From Macrostomum lignano (Eukaryota): a stretch of 64,000 bases of DNA. The translations under genes and the position numbers were made by a program. The notes below the pieces were generated by a model, which saw only the letters and a program-made list of their open reading frames with translations, was not told the origin of the DNA and did not search any database. This document shows, piece after piece, positions 24,464 through 57,354 of this stretch (position 1 is its first letter; every line of letters begins with the position of its first letter). Location of the stretch: positions 186,001-250,000 of the forward strand of contig NIVC01000850.1 of the NCBI GenBank assembly GCA_002269645.1, written 5' to 3'.

Positions 24464-26834
24464 CATGTAGATAGATACTGTAGATACATAGATACTGTAT
24501 TTGCTCTATGGCGTGACAGAGAGGATTCGCCGTTGGCCTCAACTTTGTAGGGGATAAGTTGTAAGCCGCCGCGAAGCAGATTGACATATCGGTGCGTGTC
24601 CCCTCAGCTCCCCATAAGACGCTCTCGCTGGCATTCCGGTGACAGGCAGTGCCTTCGGTCAACTGTCAGTCATTCGGCATCAAAGAACAGTAAATAAAAA
24701 TCTCTCATTTGGCTTTGGACCCAAACTGGACCAGATAGGGAAATAAGAGGGGTCGCAGATTTGGTCCTTGCAGACAGCCAGAAAAACATTTTTGTCCAGG
24801 AATCTAAAATAAATTTACCAGTTCCAAGACTTCCAGTGGCGACTCAATCTCACACAGAAAAAAAACTATAGGAATTTTCAAGATGCCGCAAGAGAAGCAT
24901 AAAAAGTGAGTTACTCGTAGGCGTCTCAGACTTTTTGAGGCTTAGCTTTTGTTGCTCATTCCTTGTTGCTGTTCGCTGATAGCTGCAAACTTCGTGCTAA
25001 CGGAGATTTTCTAGGAAACAGGTGGTCCATCGCACGCGAGTTTGGTTGGCAAAGCGGTTTAATTTAGTCAATTATTAATCCAAGCTACGTTGACAGGACA
25101 TTGGGGAAGAGAGTGAATTGAGAAATCTCATTGAGTAGAGATTGAGAAATGCAGGCAAGCCAATTCCTGTAGAGTATCATTCGACAAATTGTCATTGCTT
25201 TTCATCTCCTAAGATGTCTTACTTGACTTAGCTGCTGGTGGATTCGGCATTCGGGCATCCGGTTGCAGCGGGAGACATCGCCTCAGCATTCTCAACCTTC
25301 ACTAGGGGATGTTCCTTGGAGATAGCGATGCCTAGCAAAACAGTCATTAACTGAGAGAGCCATATGGTTACTGGGTTACCGCCCTGATGGCCCTGTGGTT
25401 GATACTAATCCAATGCCAAGGTAACTTAACTGCCAAGGTAACATTGGTACAACAGATTTCAGTAGAAGATCGTTTTAAACCACCAGCATTCACCCATATT
25501 AGCGCTAAATTGGTTCAGATCGGAATTAAACAATTTATTGTCAATTTTTGTTGAGGACCCTTAAAAACCAAGCATTAAAAGGCCAAACCTTGACGAAATG
25601 ACTTATCGCCACAGAGATTCGTGGTGAAAAATCCGAATATATAAGTCCAAGACTTTTAACGGAGTTTCCATTTGAGGAAGTGACCCGGGATTTGAGGAAA
25701 AGATAGGAGACGGCAGCGCGGGATTTCCGGCAGTTCACTTCTCCCTGTTCTTGGATGCCACCCCCTGGTTGATCCAAGTGGTGACAACAACGGTAGGGGT
25801 GGGGGCCAGTGAAGGATGATCTTCCCCCCCCCCCCCAGACTCGGCGCAGGAGCTGATGGCGAGAAATTCTTTCTGGAAGACGGTAGAGCTGCAGATGAAT
25901 ATCGTCACAGTTCTCCTCCGCAATGCATTAGCCGAAACATGCGGTGGTGAAGTTATTTTGAGACTCTTCAGTGAAGCAGTCGTTTGCTTAGGGTTGCCAG
26001 CGGCCAGAATGATAAGATGCTAGAGAGCTGTCTTCTCAAACAGGCTCACAAAGGGTCAGACCACGCAGCTGCTGATGAAACAGTTTTCTACCTGCAGGCG
26101 TAAACCTTTTTTTAGGCTACAAAACACTCGGCCTCGCAGCGGTCAAAAAATGCTTTCGCATCGCTTCGTTTTCGCGTCAGCTGGATAGCTGGCCATGATC
26201 ACCTGAGTTTTGGGTTTAGTGCACAGCGCACGCACAGGCTAAATGGTGCAGTGCTCTGTGCAGATCGGCTTGGAGAGAACAATAGCCCTCCTGTGTGCCG
26301 GCTCTCTCCACCACCGACCACCGTCCCTGCGTCTTTAAGGCGACTGCAACAAGAGAAGACAAGCATTGCTGGTCTTTATAACCGTCTCTCTGTATTTAAA
26401 GTGTGTTTTCTGTTCAATAAAACTGTTCTTTGCTATTACTAAGTGCAATTCATGCTGATTGCATGCAGTGTCAACTCGAAGCGATGACTGCGGCAACTAG
26501 TTCTCGCAAGCCAAAGTAAGTAAGTTTGTGCATTTATGTAGGATTTTAATTTCTTTTTTATTCGTATAGATCGTTCGCTTCAATTCACTGAAGGCCGAGG
26601 GGTCTCAAATAATCAACTTTACCCTCTGGGAGAACTGTGAAAACCTTCTATTACAATAGCACACCGGCACGGCACCGGAAAGTTAAAAACAAGCAGTATT
26701 CTTGCTTCTTTCAAAATCGTTTGCCAACGCGTTTCATCCTAAGCGGAAATCTTTGGGGCAACTAACTGCCAGTGGTTCACATCGGATCACATATCTTTGC
26801 TGATAAATAGTGAAAAGAATTAAACAACATCCAA

Positions 26835-27535
26835 TCCCCAAGCACCCCTGTTCCTTCCCCAGCACTCTGTCTCTTCCCAGCACCCCTGTCCCTTTCCCAG
26901 CACTCTGTCCATTCCCCAACAGTCTGTCCCTTCCCCAGCACTCTCTCCATCCCCTAGCACTCTGTCCCTTCCCCAACATTCTGTCCCTTTCCCAGCACTC
27001 TGTCCCTTCCCCAGCACTCTCTCCATTCCCTAGCACTCTGTCCCTTCCCCAGCATTCTGTCCCTTCCCCAGCACCCCTGTCCCTTCCCAAGCACCCTGTC
27101 CATTCCCAAGCACCCTGTCCATTCCCAAGCACCCTGTCCATTCCCAAGCACCCTGTCCATTCCCAAGCACCCTGTCCATTCCCTAGCATCCATGTCCCAT
27201 TCCCAGCACCCTGTCCTTTTCCCAGCACTCCTGTCCATTCCCCATCACTCCGTCCCTTCCCCAGCACTCTGTCCCTTCTCCAGCACTCTCTCCATTCCCT
27301 AGCACTCTGTCCCTTCCCCAGCATTCTGTCCCTTTCCCAGCACTCTGTCCCTTCCCCAGCACTCCTGTCCCTTCCCCAGCACCCCTGTCCCTTCCCCAGC
27401 ACCCCTGTCCCTTCCCAAGCACCCTGTCCATTCCCTAGCATCCATGTCCCATTCCCAGCACCCTGTCCTTTTCCCAGCACTCCTGTCCCTTCCCCAGCAC
27501 CCCTATCCCTTCCATAGCACCCCTGTGTCTTCCCC
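26835..27535. repeat. C-rich ~18-20-bp minisatellite (cccagcaccctgtccctt)
   Basis: Direct reading. Confidence 0.9.
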
Positions 27536-28704
27536 AGTAACCCATGTCTCTCCACTCAGTTCTTCAGGCACCTGTCTTTTGTCGCTCTAGTGCATTCAGT
27601 TGCTTCATAGCTCGTAGATTCCCAGCACCCTTTAATAACAAAAGTCCAGGTACCAGTCGATGAAGAACTTGATCCACCCACTTCAAAAGAATCAATCAAT
27701 CCTTGCCCTATCCCAAGCCTGCGGCCACAAAACAGAATTCCTTAAGAAGTCCTTGCCAAAACATTGCAGCAGAAGGGTACGAAGGCGAATGCAAACAATT
27801 CTAGCCTGGTAGAATAATCTTATTCAAAGATTCCTTCGGAAGATTAAAGAAAAAAGGGGTTTAGCACAGCAAAGGACTGGAACGGAGAGAGGTTAGAGAC
27901 GAAGCGATAGACAGTGACATTTTCACTTCAAACAGAATTTTTGTTGGATCAAAAAATCTTCGATAAGTCAAAATACGGCAGTTGGTTTCTGGTTGTGCCC
28001 CTTTGGGTTTTGCTTTGAAATCGAATATGCCCTGGCCCATGTCATTTTACCCCTTTTCGCCTTTTACTATCTCCGCGTTTCCATCTCTTAAAAAAGTCTT
28101 TTGTCGAAATGTTCTAAATTCTGAATTCTGTTATGTTTAACACGGTGGTAGTTATACGCGAATGAATAAGTAAATAGTAAATAGCAGAAATGTACAGCCT
28201 GAAGCACATGTACGTGCGCTACAGGAAAGGAAATGGCGTGGTGGAGGAACTGTGGAAGAGATTGCCGTGAGCTAGTTGAGTGAGGTGAAATGCACTTTTT
28301 TACATTCTATTGTCAACGTTTTGTGGGAGCTGAAATGAAGCACTGCGTTGCACAAAAGTACAGGAGAAATGCAAAATATGTTCTGGAAATCTGTGTTGTT
28401 TCAAGAAGCTATTGCGCTCATACTTACTACTATTCTGCTTTAGATCTGTGTTTAAAGTTTCCAACATTTATCAAACTTTAATTCCCTCTAATAGAGCCTT
28501 GGCTCGATATGACTTCTGGCTTTTTGCATCGTCGCAATCGGGGTGAATTTGGTTCGGAATTTCACAACTTTTCAAATGCATGCATACTAATATAATAGTA
28601 ATAGTATACTAGTACTCGTAAACATACGCTGTACATTAGAGTTTTTCATCTAAATGAGAAGGATTTAGAAAAAGGGTCTAATTCTCTACCTATAGCGCTC
28701 TCAG

Positions 28705-29340
28705 TCCTTTGATTGAGCTCCGCTAAGCAATACCCAGGTCACTTTGATGGAGCTCCGCTACTCAATGCCATTAGGTCACTTGATTGAGCCCCGCTAATCA
28801 ATACCCCCTTAGTCACATTGATTGGGCTCCGCTAATCAATACCCAGGTCACTTTGATTGAGCTCCGCTAATCAATACCCAGGTCACTTTGATTGAGCTCC
28901 GCTACTCAAAGCCATTAGGTCACTTTGATTGAGCTCCACTAATCAATACCCAGGTCACTTTGATTAAGCTCCGCTACTCAATGCCATTAGGTCCCTTTGA
29001 TTGAGCTCCGCTACTCCCCAATGCTATCTAGGTCACTTTGATTGAGCTCCGCTACTCCCCAATGCCATCTAGGTCACTTTGATTGAGCTCCGCTAATCAA
29101 TACCCAGGTCACTTTGATTGAGCTCCGCTACTCAATGCCATTAGGTCACTTTGATTGAGCTCCGCTAATCAATACCTAGGTCACTTTGATTGAGCTCCGC
29201 TACTCAAAGCCATTAGGTCACTTGATTGAGCCCCGCTAATCAATACCCCCCTTGGTCACTTTGATTGAGCTCCGCTGCTCCCCAATGCCATCTAGGTCAC
29301 TTTGATTGAGCTCCGCTACTCAATATACCATCTAGGTCAC
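28705..29340. repeat. ~35-40-bp minisatellite (ggtcactttgattgagctccgcta...)
   Basis: About 16 copies with alternating tails. Confidence 0.9.
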
Positions 29341-31328
29341 TCGTGCGCTTTTTTGTATACTATGACGTCTGATCGTGCTAAAATGGCACCAAAAGGCCAT
29401 TTTCTTTCGGCGTAACGCTGATGTTTATGCTAGCACCATTTTGTCGCTTTACTCTGACGCAGTAAATACGACGCCCATTTCGAACACCGAACAGCAGATG
29501 CTAACCGGTTTTCTCTATTCCCATCCATCAAAGACACTTTTTTCGAGCACCCCCACGCACATCGATCCATCCCATTGAGTTCGGGCGAACTCTCGTCACG
29601 AATCCATTATTGATTAACAGATTTGCTGTCTTGCACCAATTGCTAAAGGCTTTTCATAAAGCAATTATGCTGATTCACTATGGATTGGACCGGTCAATAT
29701 TAGGACACCGGATGCTTAAGCCAATAAAATTAATGGATTTATTGTATCAATAGTCTTGAGCGAGAGATACTGGCAATAAATGGTATTCATTAGTCGCATT
29801 GTGACGGATCATAGTAAACGAGAAATGAAGAGCATCTCATACTGTTTAGAATTTTTCTTCGAAGGCTGTCTTTGTATAGCCTGCGTCTTTGTAGCCTGCG
29901 TCTTTATCTGAAAAAATTATCCCAAATCATACTCACGACAAGAATCCCAAGAATAAAAGTTGCTGTTTCTTAGTACAATAAATCAAGCCTGTTATATATA
30001 GGAAAGCTTACACGAACTGCATCTTTGACACCTTCATTTCTAGCCTAATAGGATAGTTATAACTGATTTTCCTCGCATGTGAACATTTTACATGTAAGTC
30101 AATTTCAATTGGCAAAATTTGACAAGCTGATGAAATCGAAAAAATGTAATATTATAGAGGATATCAACATGGCACTTAGGAAACTTCAGGCAGGGACTGA
30201 TTGGAATTAATCGGCAATGCATGACCGAATTTTGCTTCACTCAACTAAAGGTAGCTATGTTACCGGACACCGTACTTAAGAAGCCCTCTCATAATCGCCA
30301 TGGTCTCTAGAGAGCGTGCTTTGAGACGGTGATTAGCTTTTGATAGCTCGTATCTCGTGTGGCGCGCTCATTTCGTCTCCCCAAAAGCCTGTTTCAGACA
30401 GTTCGTTCTCCCGTTTGAGGAGGTTCATTTCGAGTCGACACTCTTGAGGTCTGTCTCGTTACGTACCCTTGAGTATAGGTACCTAATTTGAGAGTACGCT
30501 CGTACGGCATACATGATATTTGGAATGTAAGCTTTTTGGAGTCAGAGCGTACATATGTACATGTAATTAGAGTGGTCAATGAGCTTGAAGGCGATTGACA
30601 CCACGGGGTGACCGCATTTACGTTGGTTGATCCATTAGGAGGAAATTCAGGTTGAGGCTGAGGTTTGACTTGGGAGATCCGTGAATTTCCAGGGGGGGGG
30701 GGAATCCTTAGCCGATTGTTAGACTTCAGCCACTGAGAAAGTAATATTGGTGAAGCCCTATTCCAATCAGAGATGGGGAACTTGGGGAAGGCCAAGAGGG
30801 AGGTTAACGCCAAATGCCCAATGGGAAAGGGAGAGAATAAAAGGCAGAGAGCTTATCTGGCTGCCAGTGGCGCATTTGAAGGAAAGGGGGGGGGGCTAGA
30901 AAAAGCATGGGGTAGCTGCCTCAGTACGATCGGGGGTTCCCTCCAGTCCAACTCTGAATTTCTACCCCCCCCCCTCTCTTCTCTTCTCTGTCCTAAACTA
31001 CAAGCCTACAAAAACTGCCGCGCCACAAAATACTTTACAAGCAGTACGCTCAGCGCATTAGGTTAGAAAACAAGCCAGAAAAGTTTACATTTACTCGCAA
31101 ATAAACCAAACCAATTAATATCAATTAAATCTTTTTTACGGTAAACGGTAAACGTTAGTACACATCCTTCGCGATCATTTAATCCATTAGTTTAATTTGA
31201 TAGCGTAGATAAGATAAGCGAGAGATAAGACAGCTACAGCTAGCTAGTTAACTGTAGATAATAAGTTCAGCAGTTAAGTTTCAATAGTTAGTTTATAGGA
31301 AAGCTAAAAAGGAGTGTACAGGCGGAAG

Positions 31329-50283
<18,955 letters not shown>

Positions 50284-50454
50284 ACTCCCCAGCTGCTGCC
50301 GCTGCAGTTCTCCCTGTTGTTTGAAAACTTTGATGCTTTATTTCGTTAATTAATTGTACGGGCTAAATTTGAAACTCTGGCAAGGTGGCGTGCCCGAAGT
50401 TTGCTGAAAAAGTCGCTTTTATAATTGCTTTTAATTTTTTAAAAGATACGTCGC

Positions 50455-50745
50455 CCCTAAGCTTAAACTAAGAGACCGCCTCTAAACCTAAACTAAGAAT
50501 CACCCTAAACCTAAACTAAGAATCACCCTAAACCTAAACTAAGAATCACCCTAAACCTAAACTAAGAACTGCCTCTACAACTAAACTAAGAACCGTCTTT
50601 AAACCTAATCTAAAAATCGCCTTTAAACCTAAACTAAATATCACTTCTAAACCTAAACTAAGAACCGCCTCAAAAACCGAATCTAAAAATCGCTTCTAAA
50701 CCTAAGCTAAGAGTCGCCCCTAAACCTAAACTAAGAACTGACCCT
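50455..50745. repeat. 23-bp minisatellite (ctaaacctaaactaagaatcacc)
   Basis: About 12 copies 3' of glutaminase. Confidence 0.88.
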
Positions 50746-53700
50746 AAAGCTTGAATGTCAATCTTTTATTAATGAACCATTGCTGTTTTTCGACATCAAA
50801 GCTCGTAAAGTTTGAAGATGCCGAGGCTATTGTACAGCAACTTAACCCCCCCCCCTATCTTGCCTGTTTTGTCTGCACAATATATCTTTCCAATTGTCCT
50901 CTCCCGATTTCTCTGGTATTTTTTATTATTAATTTTTCACACCTGGCAGTTTGGCTTTGGCTTGCTGGCTTTAATTGGCTGACGATTATTTACCAACCGT
51001 ACGGATTTTATCATTACACATCAGATTATCTTGCCTCCATTGCACTTCACCTAACATCTACTCCCCAAGTTCTGTTCAATGACCACAGGAATTATAGGAA
51101 ATATATTAAATTTTGAATGATCTTTTGCCTCGAGCTTCATTGATCACGTTCACGTAATAAGAGAAATTCAAGTAGGTTTTTTGGAAATATATTTGAAGGC
51201 TTAAGTTTACCAAAGCTACGTCTCATAATGGAGGCTTTCGTTTATTACAATGTTTTTAAATATTGAGCCTTCAAAAATTACCAAGAAACGATCAGTGGTC
51301 ATTCGACTATCGTCTTTTTTCTTTCCCTATGTCTACCTCTCTTAAGTCTCGAGATCCTCTGCTTCTGTTCCTCTCTTTTCCCATTTATCGATTACCGCAG
51401 TCGCATACGCTATTGATACTACTGCTGAACTACTTATGCGTATCAATTTGAATTCATTAACAGATCCAATGGCCAATGCCGCACGCTGATCAATTCATCA
51501 ATCAATCAATATAATTACTGCTGTCATTTTTGCCTCTCCTTTCCCCAATCGCCATTGGTTAGTTTCAGAATTGCTTAAAAATTTTTGTAAGGATTTATTT
51601 ATTCCAAGGACTACTGAAGCCCACGCATGTATTTTTAACTACAATGGTCCTTGGATTAGATAAAATTATTTACGGTTAAAGAGATTTTCTTGTTAACCAT
51701 TTTTTATAATATATTAAATATTTACATTGATAGTTCATCGTTGCTTGTGTAGCTAATTTTAGATGCTAAATTCGGTCTTTTCGAACATGAAAATGTTGGT
51801 GTGTTTTACTGTCTCAGTTTTATTAATACACACAATATATTTTTACAGTATAGCAACGAAAAAAGATCATATGGTATGGTTATAGATGGATGCATGCAAC
51901 TCTTGCAAAACTGGCGAGACTAGTTGTATTCTCTGTGTCAATAGCTAAAGTGATATCTGTGCCACTGGACTGCTACCCGCGTCATGCACCTGGAGTAGGT
52001 ACGTGTCTGAAGTGATACCAAGTGTCACTAAAGTTATACCCAGCTTGTGACTGACTGGAGTTATACATGTACAAGGACCACTGTATATAGCTATATAGCT
52101 ACTGTATATCGCTTGATATAGCTATATCAAGTACAGTGGTCCTTGGAGTTAAGTTATACCCGTGTCAATAGAGCTATAAACGGTGTCACTGGATCCGGTC
52201 CAATGTAACTCAACCCTTCTGCTGTGTCCATTTGCTTGGAAAATTCCAACACAACGTACTACGGTTCCCTCCATTTGCACACACGGTGTCTTTTGTCGAC
52301 GATCTCTCTCATGGCTCATATGGTGCATCGAATGCTTTGGGAATAACAATAAGTCTGCAATTCGTAGATTTATAAGTATAACTACGTACGTTATATCTAT
52401 CTTTATACTGCGCCGCACATACTGGAAAAATACATGTGTCGATAAATTTTGCTGTGATAATAATACAAAAACATGTACATTATACTAGCACAATTGATAT
52501 TGTAAAAACATTGTTTTATTAAACCTGTATAAATTTACTATTGATTTTCTATTGTATGGATTTGGGGGTATTAACAATGGAGAAAAGCAAGGTTTGTTGT
52601 TGTTTACGTTTTACTTCCTTAGAACAGCGTAATTTTTTGAAGAGACCCCGGCGGACGCAGCCGAGGTCTGACTGCACGCAACACGCAACGTACGTTCGTG
52701 CGACTAAATAATGTAATTTATTTATTTAGTCCAGCACATAGGACACAATCTCGACTATGGCTACCAGCCTACCACAGTACAGTATCACACACAATTTCAT
52801 GCAGATCGGTATACTCATAATACAGAATGCTAGTGTCGTAGTGATTGCAAAACATTTCCCATCAAAACATAGCCTTTGCCTTAGGTAAGGCCATAGTTCT
52901 TATACGAGCGTATTATAGGCCTAGGAATATAAGATCTATACTTAGGGCTAGCAAGGCTTAGGCCTACTACAAAAACTTTCCATGGCCTAATGGCCATTGG
53001 CCATATACTACTAGTAGTTTTTGATTATTTTAATACAAGTATTGGCCTAGCAGTAGTAGTAGGCCTAAGGCCTGTTGCTGTTGCTTGCTACATTGCTAGG
53101 CTAGCTTAGGCCTAGTGTAGGCTATGGCCATAGGTCTAAAGAGATGAAAAATCTCACATTTATCTGACTTAATTACTTTAAGGCCTTGAGATTTAATTTG
53201 ATTATGATAATTCTATAAAATATAAATACTAAAATACAAAATATAAAATATATTTGAATCAATTTTCTTTAAAGTACTTTTTTAAACTTGGCATTCTTTT
53301 ATTTTACAATCATACACATAGCACTAGGCCTATCCAATATGGGAGTCAAGAATTTTGATATATGACCTTTAATTACAAAGATAGCAAAATTAACTTAAAA
53401 TTATTCTTAAAATCAAACTTCAGAAGAAGACTTAGGGCCTACTTCTAAATGCAGTATTGTAGCATCAACTTTTATATTTTATTAAGAATGTAGCTTAGGC
53501 CCCTATATTCAATTTTGTTATACAATCATTTAAATAAGTATTGCAATCCTAGGATCCCAAAATCCCCAGATTGGGCCCTAATCCTGGGATTTCCAGTCCT
53601 GGGATTTGGGGTCTCAAATCCTGGGGCTGGGACTAATTTTTGCTATTATTATTTTTATTAAAAATGTTATAGGCCCTAATATGAACAAAATTGGGCCCAC

Positions 53701-54179
53701 AACTAGTTTATTATATTGCACTAATTTCTATTAGTTGCCTTGCATTGCATGGCACATTTTTAAACCCCGCATCACATATTTAATGTGAAATTTATTCCAA
53801 TATAAATTTTGATGTATGATTTGCTTCTTTACTACTAGTTAGTATTTTTATACTACTTACTTAAATAAATCACAAGATAATGCTGTTTTTCACCTACAAA
53901 AAGATCATTATCACTATAACAATAAAAAATAAAAGCAAAAAAATGCTTAGCTGATATTTTGCCTTGAAATTTCAACCCATAAGCTTGAAAATCTGTATTT
54001 TTTGATCCCAGGATTAAATACAGAGATTTACTAGCAATCTTTACCCTCCGTTGGGGGACATCTATATAGAATCTCTGTTCTCTACAAGTAACAAAAAGAT
54101 AGGGGCCTAGCCAAATAAAGTCTTTACAAAGAAAATAGACAAAATACTCAAATGAAATGAAATGCAATGCAAAAAGAAA

Positions 54180-54320
54180 TCATCCCAAGACAGCAAGCAT
54201 TCCCCAGATAGCAAGCATCCCCTGGATAGCAAGCATCCCCCAGATAGCAAGCATCCCCCAAATAGCAAGCATCTCCAAGATAGATAGCATCCCCAAATAG
54301 CAAGCATCTCCAAGATAGAT
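54180..54320. repeat. ~19-bp repeat (agcaagcatccccagat), resumes at 54914-54950
   Basis: Split by the 54322-54913 insertion. Confidence 0.8.
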
Positions 54321-54321
54321 A

Positions 54322-54913
54322 CCCTATTGGAATAAATGTTAAAAACCCGCGGACGCGCGCTTTAGAAAAGAGTCAAACTATTTTACCGCGCTTTAGGATT
54401 ATTAGAGATGTTCCGAAAGATCTGCAGTTTCGTCGAAATCAAAATTCGCTAACTTTCCAAAATCAAAATTGAAATTTCCCGAAATCATAATTCAGAAAAA
54501 CAAAGTTTAGTATGATCAACACTCACTTTTTTACTTTCTATTTACTGCTTAAGCAAAAAGTAATACATGTATATGTAGTAGAAAGTAGTTTATTTTTAGC
54601 GACTTTTTAGACACTACCAAAATTTTCACTTCTAAATTTTATTTCGAAATTGAAATTTGCTCTAAAAAAATTCAAATTTTGGAAAATTGAAATTGAATTT
54701 TTGGAACATCTCTAAGCTTAATAAATTACGAGTGTATAAGCCCCTTCAACAGAGGTATTATACCCATTTCCATGTATATGTATTTGCTAGAGCAGCAGCC
54801 AGTAAGAAAGGGCAGCGCGCGCAGGCGCTGCGCCTGTGCGCGCGCTGCACTTTAGAAAAATTTCAAAAGTGCGCCGGACACCGTCCGCGGTTTTACAACT
54901 TTTTCCTATAGGG
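54322..54913. mobile_element. MITE with CCC...GGG termini and 8-bp TSD
   Basis: TIR ccctattggaataaatgttaaaaacccgcggacg versus reverse complement ccctataggaaaaagttgtaaaaccgcggacg; direct repeat GATAGATA at 54314-21 and 54914-21. Confidence 0.75.
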
Positions 54914-55086
54914 GATAGATAGCATCCCCAAATAGCAAGCATCCACCAGACAATAAGTAGCTAGTGCAACAATTTCCTTAGCATTATAGCGGCTCCTTTA
55001 AAATTTGCTTACTTTCAGGTTTGAAATTGTGTATCTTTTATGTTTAATAGGGTGGCTCTTTTATGTTCTACATGGTGGCTCTTTTA

Positions 55087-57353
55087 CGAGGGGTGCTGCA
55101 AAAGTTTCTGGACTGGTCTTCCTGATAGAACTTTTTTTGGAGCTGAGTGACATTTGACCCATAGACCAACTGGGCGTGCTGCATTTGGGGCTCAGACGTT
55201 GGGTCGGACGCAGGTGTTTGCCCATCACCGCCTTGCTGCTGAGGGTGTCATAGCCGCCAGCGATGCCCCACGTTCTAGCCATCCGCACTCCAGCACAGAC
55301 AATGAAAATACTGCTGCAGTGCTGGAATATGTGTCAGCAAATCCATCAGTGTGCTTGCAAGAAGTGGAGAGTGTGTGTGGCATCCACAACTCATCCGTAG
55401 TGATGGATCAAAATTCGATTTAAATTTTGATATTCCGAATTCCGAAACTAATTTTGCATCGAAATAATTTCGATTTCGAATTTTGACACCATTCATCAAA
55501 AATCATTTCGAAATTTTGGTTATATTTTAACAATTTAGACAGTGATAATCCATGCTACACAAGAAAGAAAATCTATAGGAAGTGAAAGGAAGTGCAGTTC
55601 AAAGACTCAGTGGGGAGGTGAGAATTGCCTTTTCTACTAAAAAGATTGTGCAGGGCACACACTGTTCCAGGCCTTGTGCTGCACCCACCTCAACCTCCAC
55701 AAGCCCACTGGCTGAACTCATCGGCGTGGATTCTAATTGGCTAAAGACTTAAAGCCTTAATGAAATGGATATAGGCTACTCGTATCTAGATCTTCAGCTT
55801 AAACAGTGGTGAAGTATAATACAACTTCTACTATATTTCTATGTATGAGTGTATGATACATAATATACTAGCATTTTCTATTTCGTATTTTTAAAGTAAG
55901 TTAAATCTTAAGTATTCTAGTTTAAACATATCAAAGATACTTTTTATAAAACATGTAAGCTCATACATGCAGAGGCAAGGTGTTAACCTTTTTGCATGAT
56001 TAGCGAAAAAGTAAAAATTTGTTAAGCTCAAAAATTTCGATTTCAATTTCAATTTCGATTTCGATTCTAAGGAACCGAAAATTTCGATTTCGATTTCGAT
56101 TTGAAAAATAATTTCGATCCATCACTACTCATCCGTGTGTCGCATTCTGCAGTGCATCAACTGGTCGAAGATTTGTGCCAAGTGGGTGCCACGCGAACTG
56201 ATGGCTGAGCATAAGCAAGCGTGCATGCAATGTGCTACGGAGAACTGGGCAGTGTGGAACGAACTCGGTGATGATAAGTTCAAGGAACTGGTCATCACAA
56301 TGGATGAGACACCGCTGCCCATGTTCAACCCACTGACAAAACAGCAGTCGATGCAATGGGGCCCCAGGGGACGTCATATGCACACGAAGGCAATGAAATC
56401 GGCGTGGACGCAGAACATCATGTGCACTGTGTGGTTCGATGCACAAGGTGTGCTGCTTGTTGACTATCTGCCGCAGGGTCAGACGATCAACGCCGACTAC
56501 ATCATGAACCAGCTTAATCTTCTGCGCACTGCCGTTCTGTCCAAGCGTCGCATCAGAGGCCTTTTATTCTCTGGGACAATGCGCGTCCGCATGCTTTTGC
56601 TTGCACTTGTGCCAAGGTGGAAGAGCTTGGCTTCCGTTGGCTAAACCACCCGGCTTACAGTCCCGACCTCGCCATTGCCGATTTCTACCTGTTTGGTCTG
56701 ATGAAGATGCCAATGCGTGGCAAGGTCTTCACAACTCAGCAGGAAGTCATCGATGCCACCAATGCATCGTTGCAACAGTTCAATGCCAAGTTCTGGTAGA
56801 CAGGCTTCGACAAGCTGATCGAACGATATCGGAAGTGCATTGCCTTGGATGGAGAATATGTGGAGCGTGCAAGTCCCAAGCCGGTTGATTCCTCAGAAGA
56901 GAACAGCAAGAGTGAGAGCGATTAATGGTGCAGAAGCAATTGATTTTGCTCGAGACACTGATGCCACAGTTGTTTGTTTTGTTTGTTTTGCTGATTCTGT
57001 AGTTGCTGTTCAGTTTGTTCAGTTAGAGGTTCATCCATAAAATAAATAAATTAGGGATACTAGTTTATTAATATCCCGTGGCAAACTCCGGAAACTTTTG
57101 CTAGTCACCTCTGCATGCGGAGGATTTTTTCATCTTTTCATTTTTGTCACTAGTTTGGTGAGAAATTGTAAATGCTAGTTGAGAAAATAAAACTTATTAT
57201 GGCTCTAGCGCCCACTGTGGTTCATGGACATGCTTGAAATTTTAACACAACATTCATCCTAGGCTAATGTTTCAATGGGTCAAATGTCACTCAGCTCTGA
57301 TAAAAAGTGCCATGTCAGGAACTCCAGTCCGGAAACTTTTGCAGCACCCTGAG
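55087..57353 (+). mobile_element. Mariner (DD34D) DNA transposon, inactivated
   Basis: About 75-bp imperfect TIRs (cgaggggtgctgcaaaagtttctggactgg... / ...ccagtccggaaacttttgcagcaccctgag); TA at 55085-86 and 57354-55. Transposase motifs CAKWVPREL, ITMDET, DNARPH, HPAYSPDLAIADFYLF with 34 residues between the 2nd and 3rd Asp. Frameshift near 56560, in-frame TAG at 56797-99 and missing N-terminus. Confidence 0.93.
55398..56127. mobile_element. Non-autonomous hAT-type MITE (730 bp) nested in the mariner ORF
   Basis: TIR TAGTGATGGATC / GATCCATCACTA; perfect 8-bp TSD CTCATCCG (55390-97, 56128-35); subterminal TTTCGA repeats. Confidence 0.9.
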
Positions 57354-57354
57354 T

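Noticed and set aside
25850-25950. Second hammerhead around ccgaaacatgc
   Set aside because: No CUGANGA box is positioned before a stem II.
27640-27830. Possible eroded reverse-transcriptase fragment (DEELDPPTSKES...NRIP*EVL)
   Set aside because: The resemblance is too weak and stop-interrupted to support without a profile search.
30394-31066. ORFs 30394-30813 (-) and 30773-31066 (+)
   Set aside because: No recognisable domain or splice context; they contain homopolymer G/C runs typical of non-coding DNA.
50455-50745. Interstitial telomeric repeat (CCCTAAA-like)
   Set aside because: The motif occurs only as part of a 23-bp unit, not as tandem telomere hexamers or heptamers.
56135-56880. 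Active or domesticated mariner transposase
   Set aside because: MITE insertion, a frameshift before DNARPH, an in-frame TAG and a missing N-terminus.
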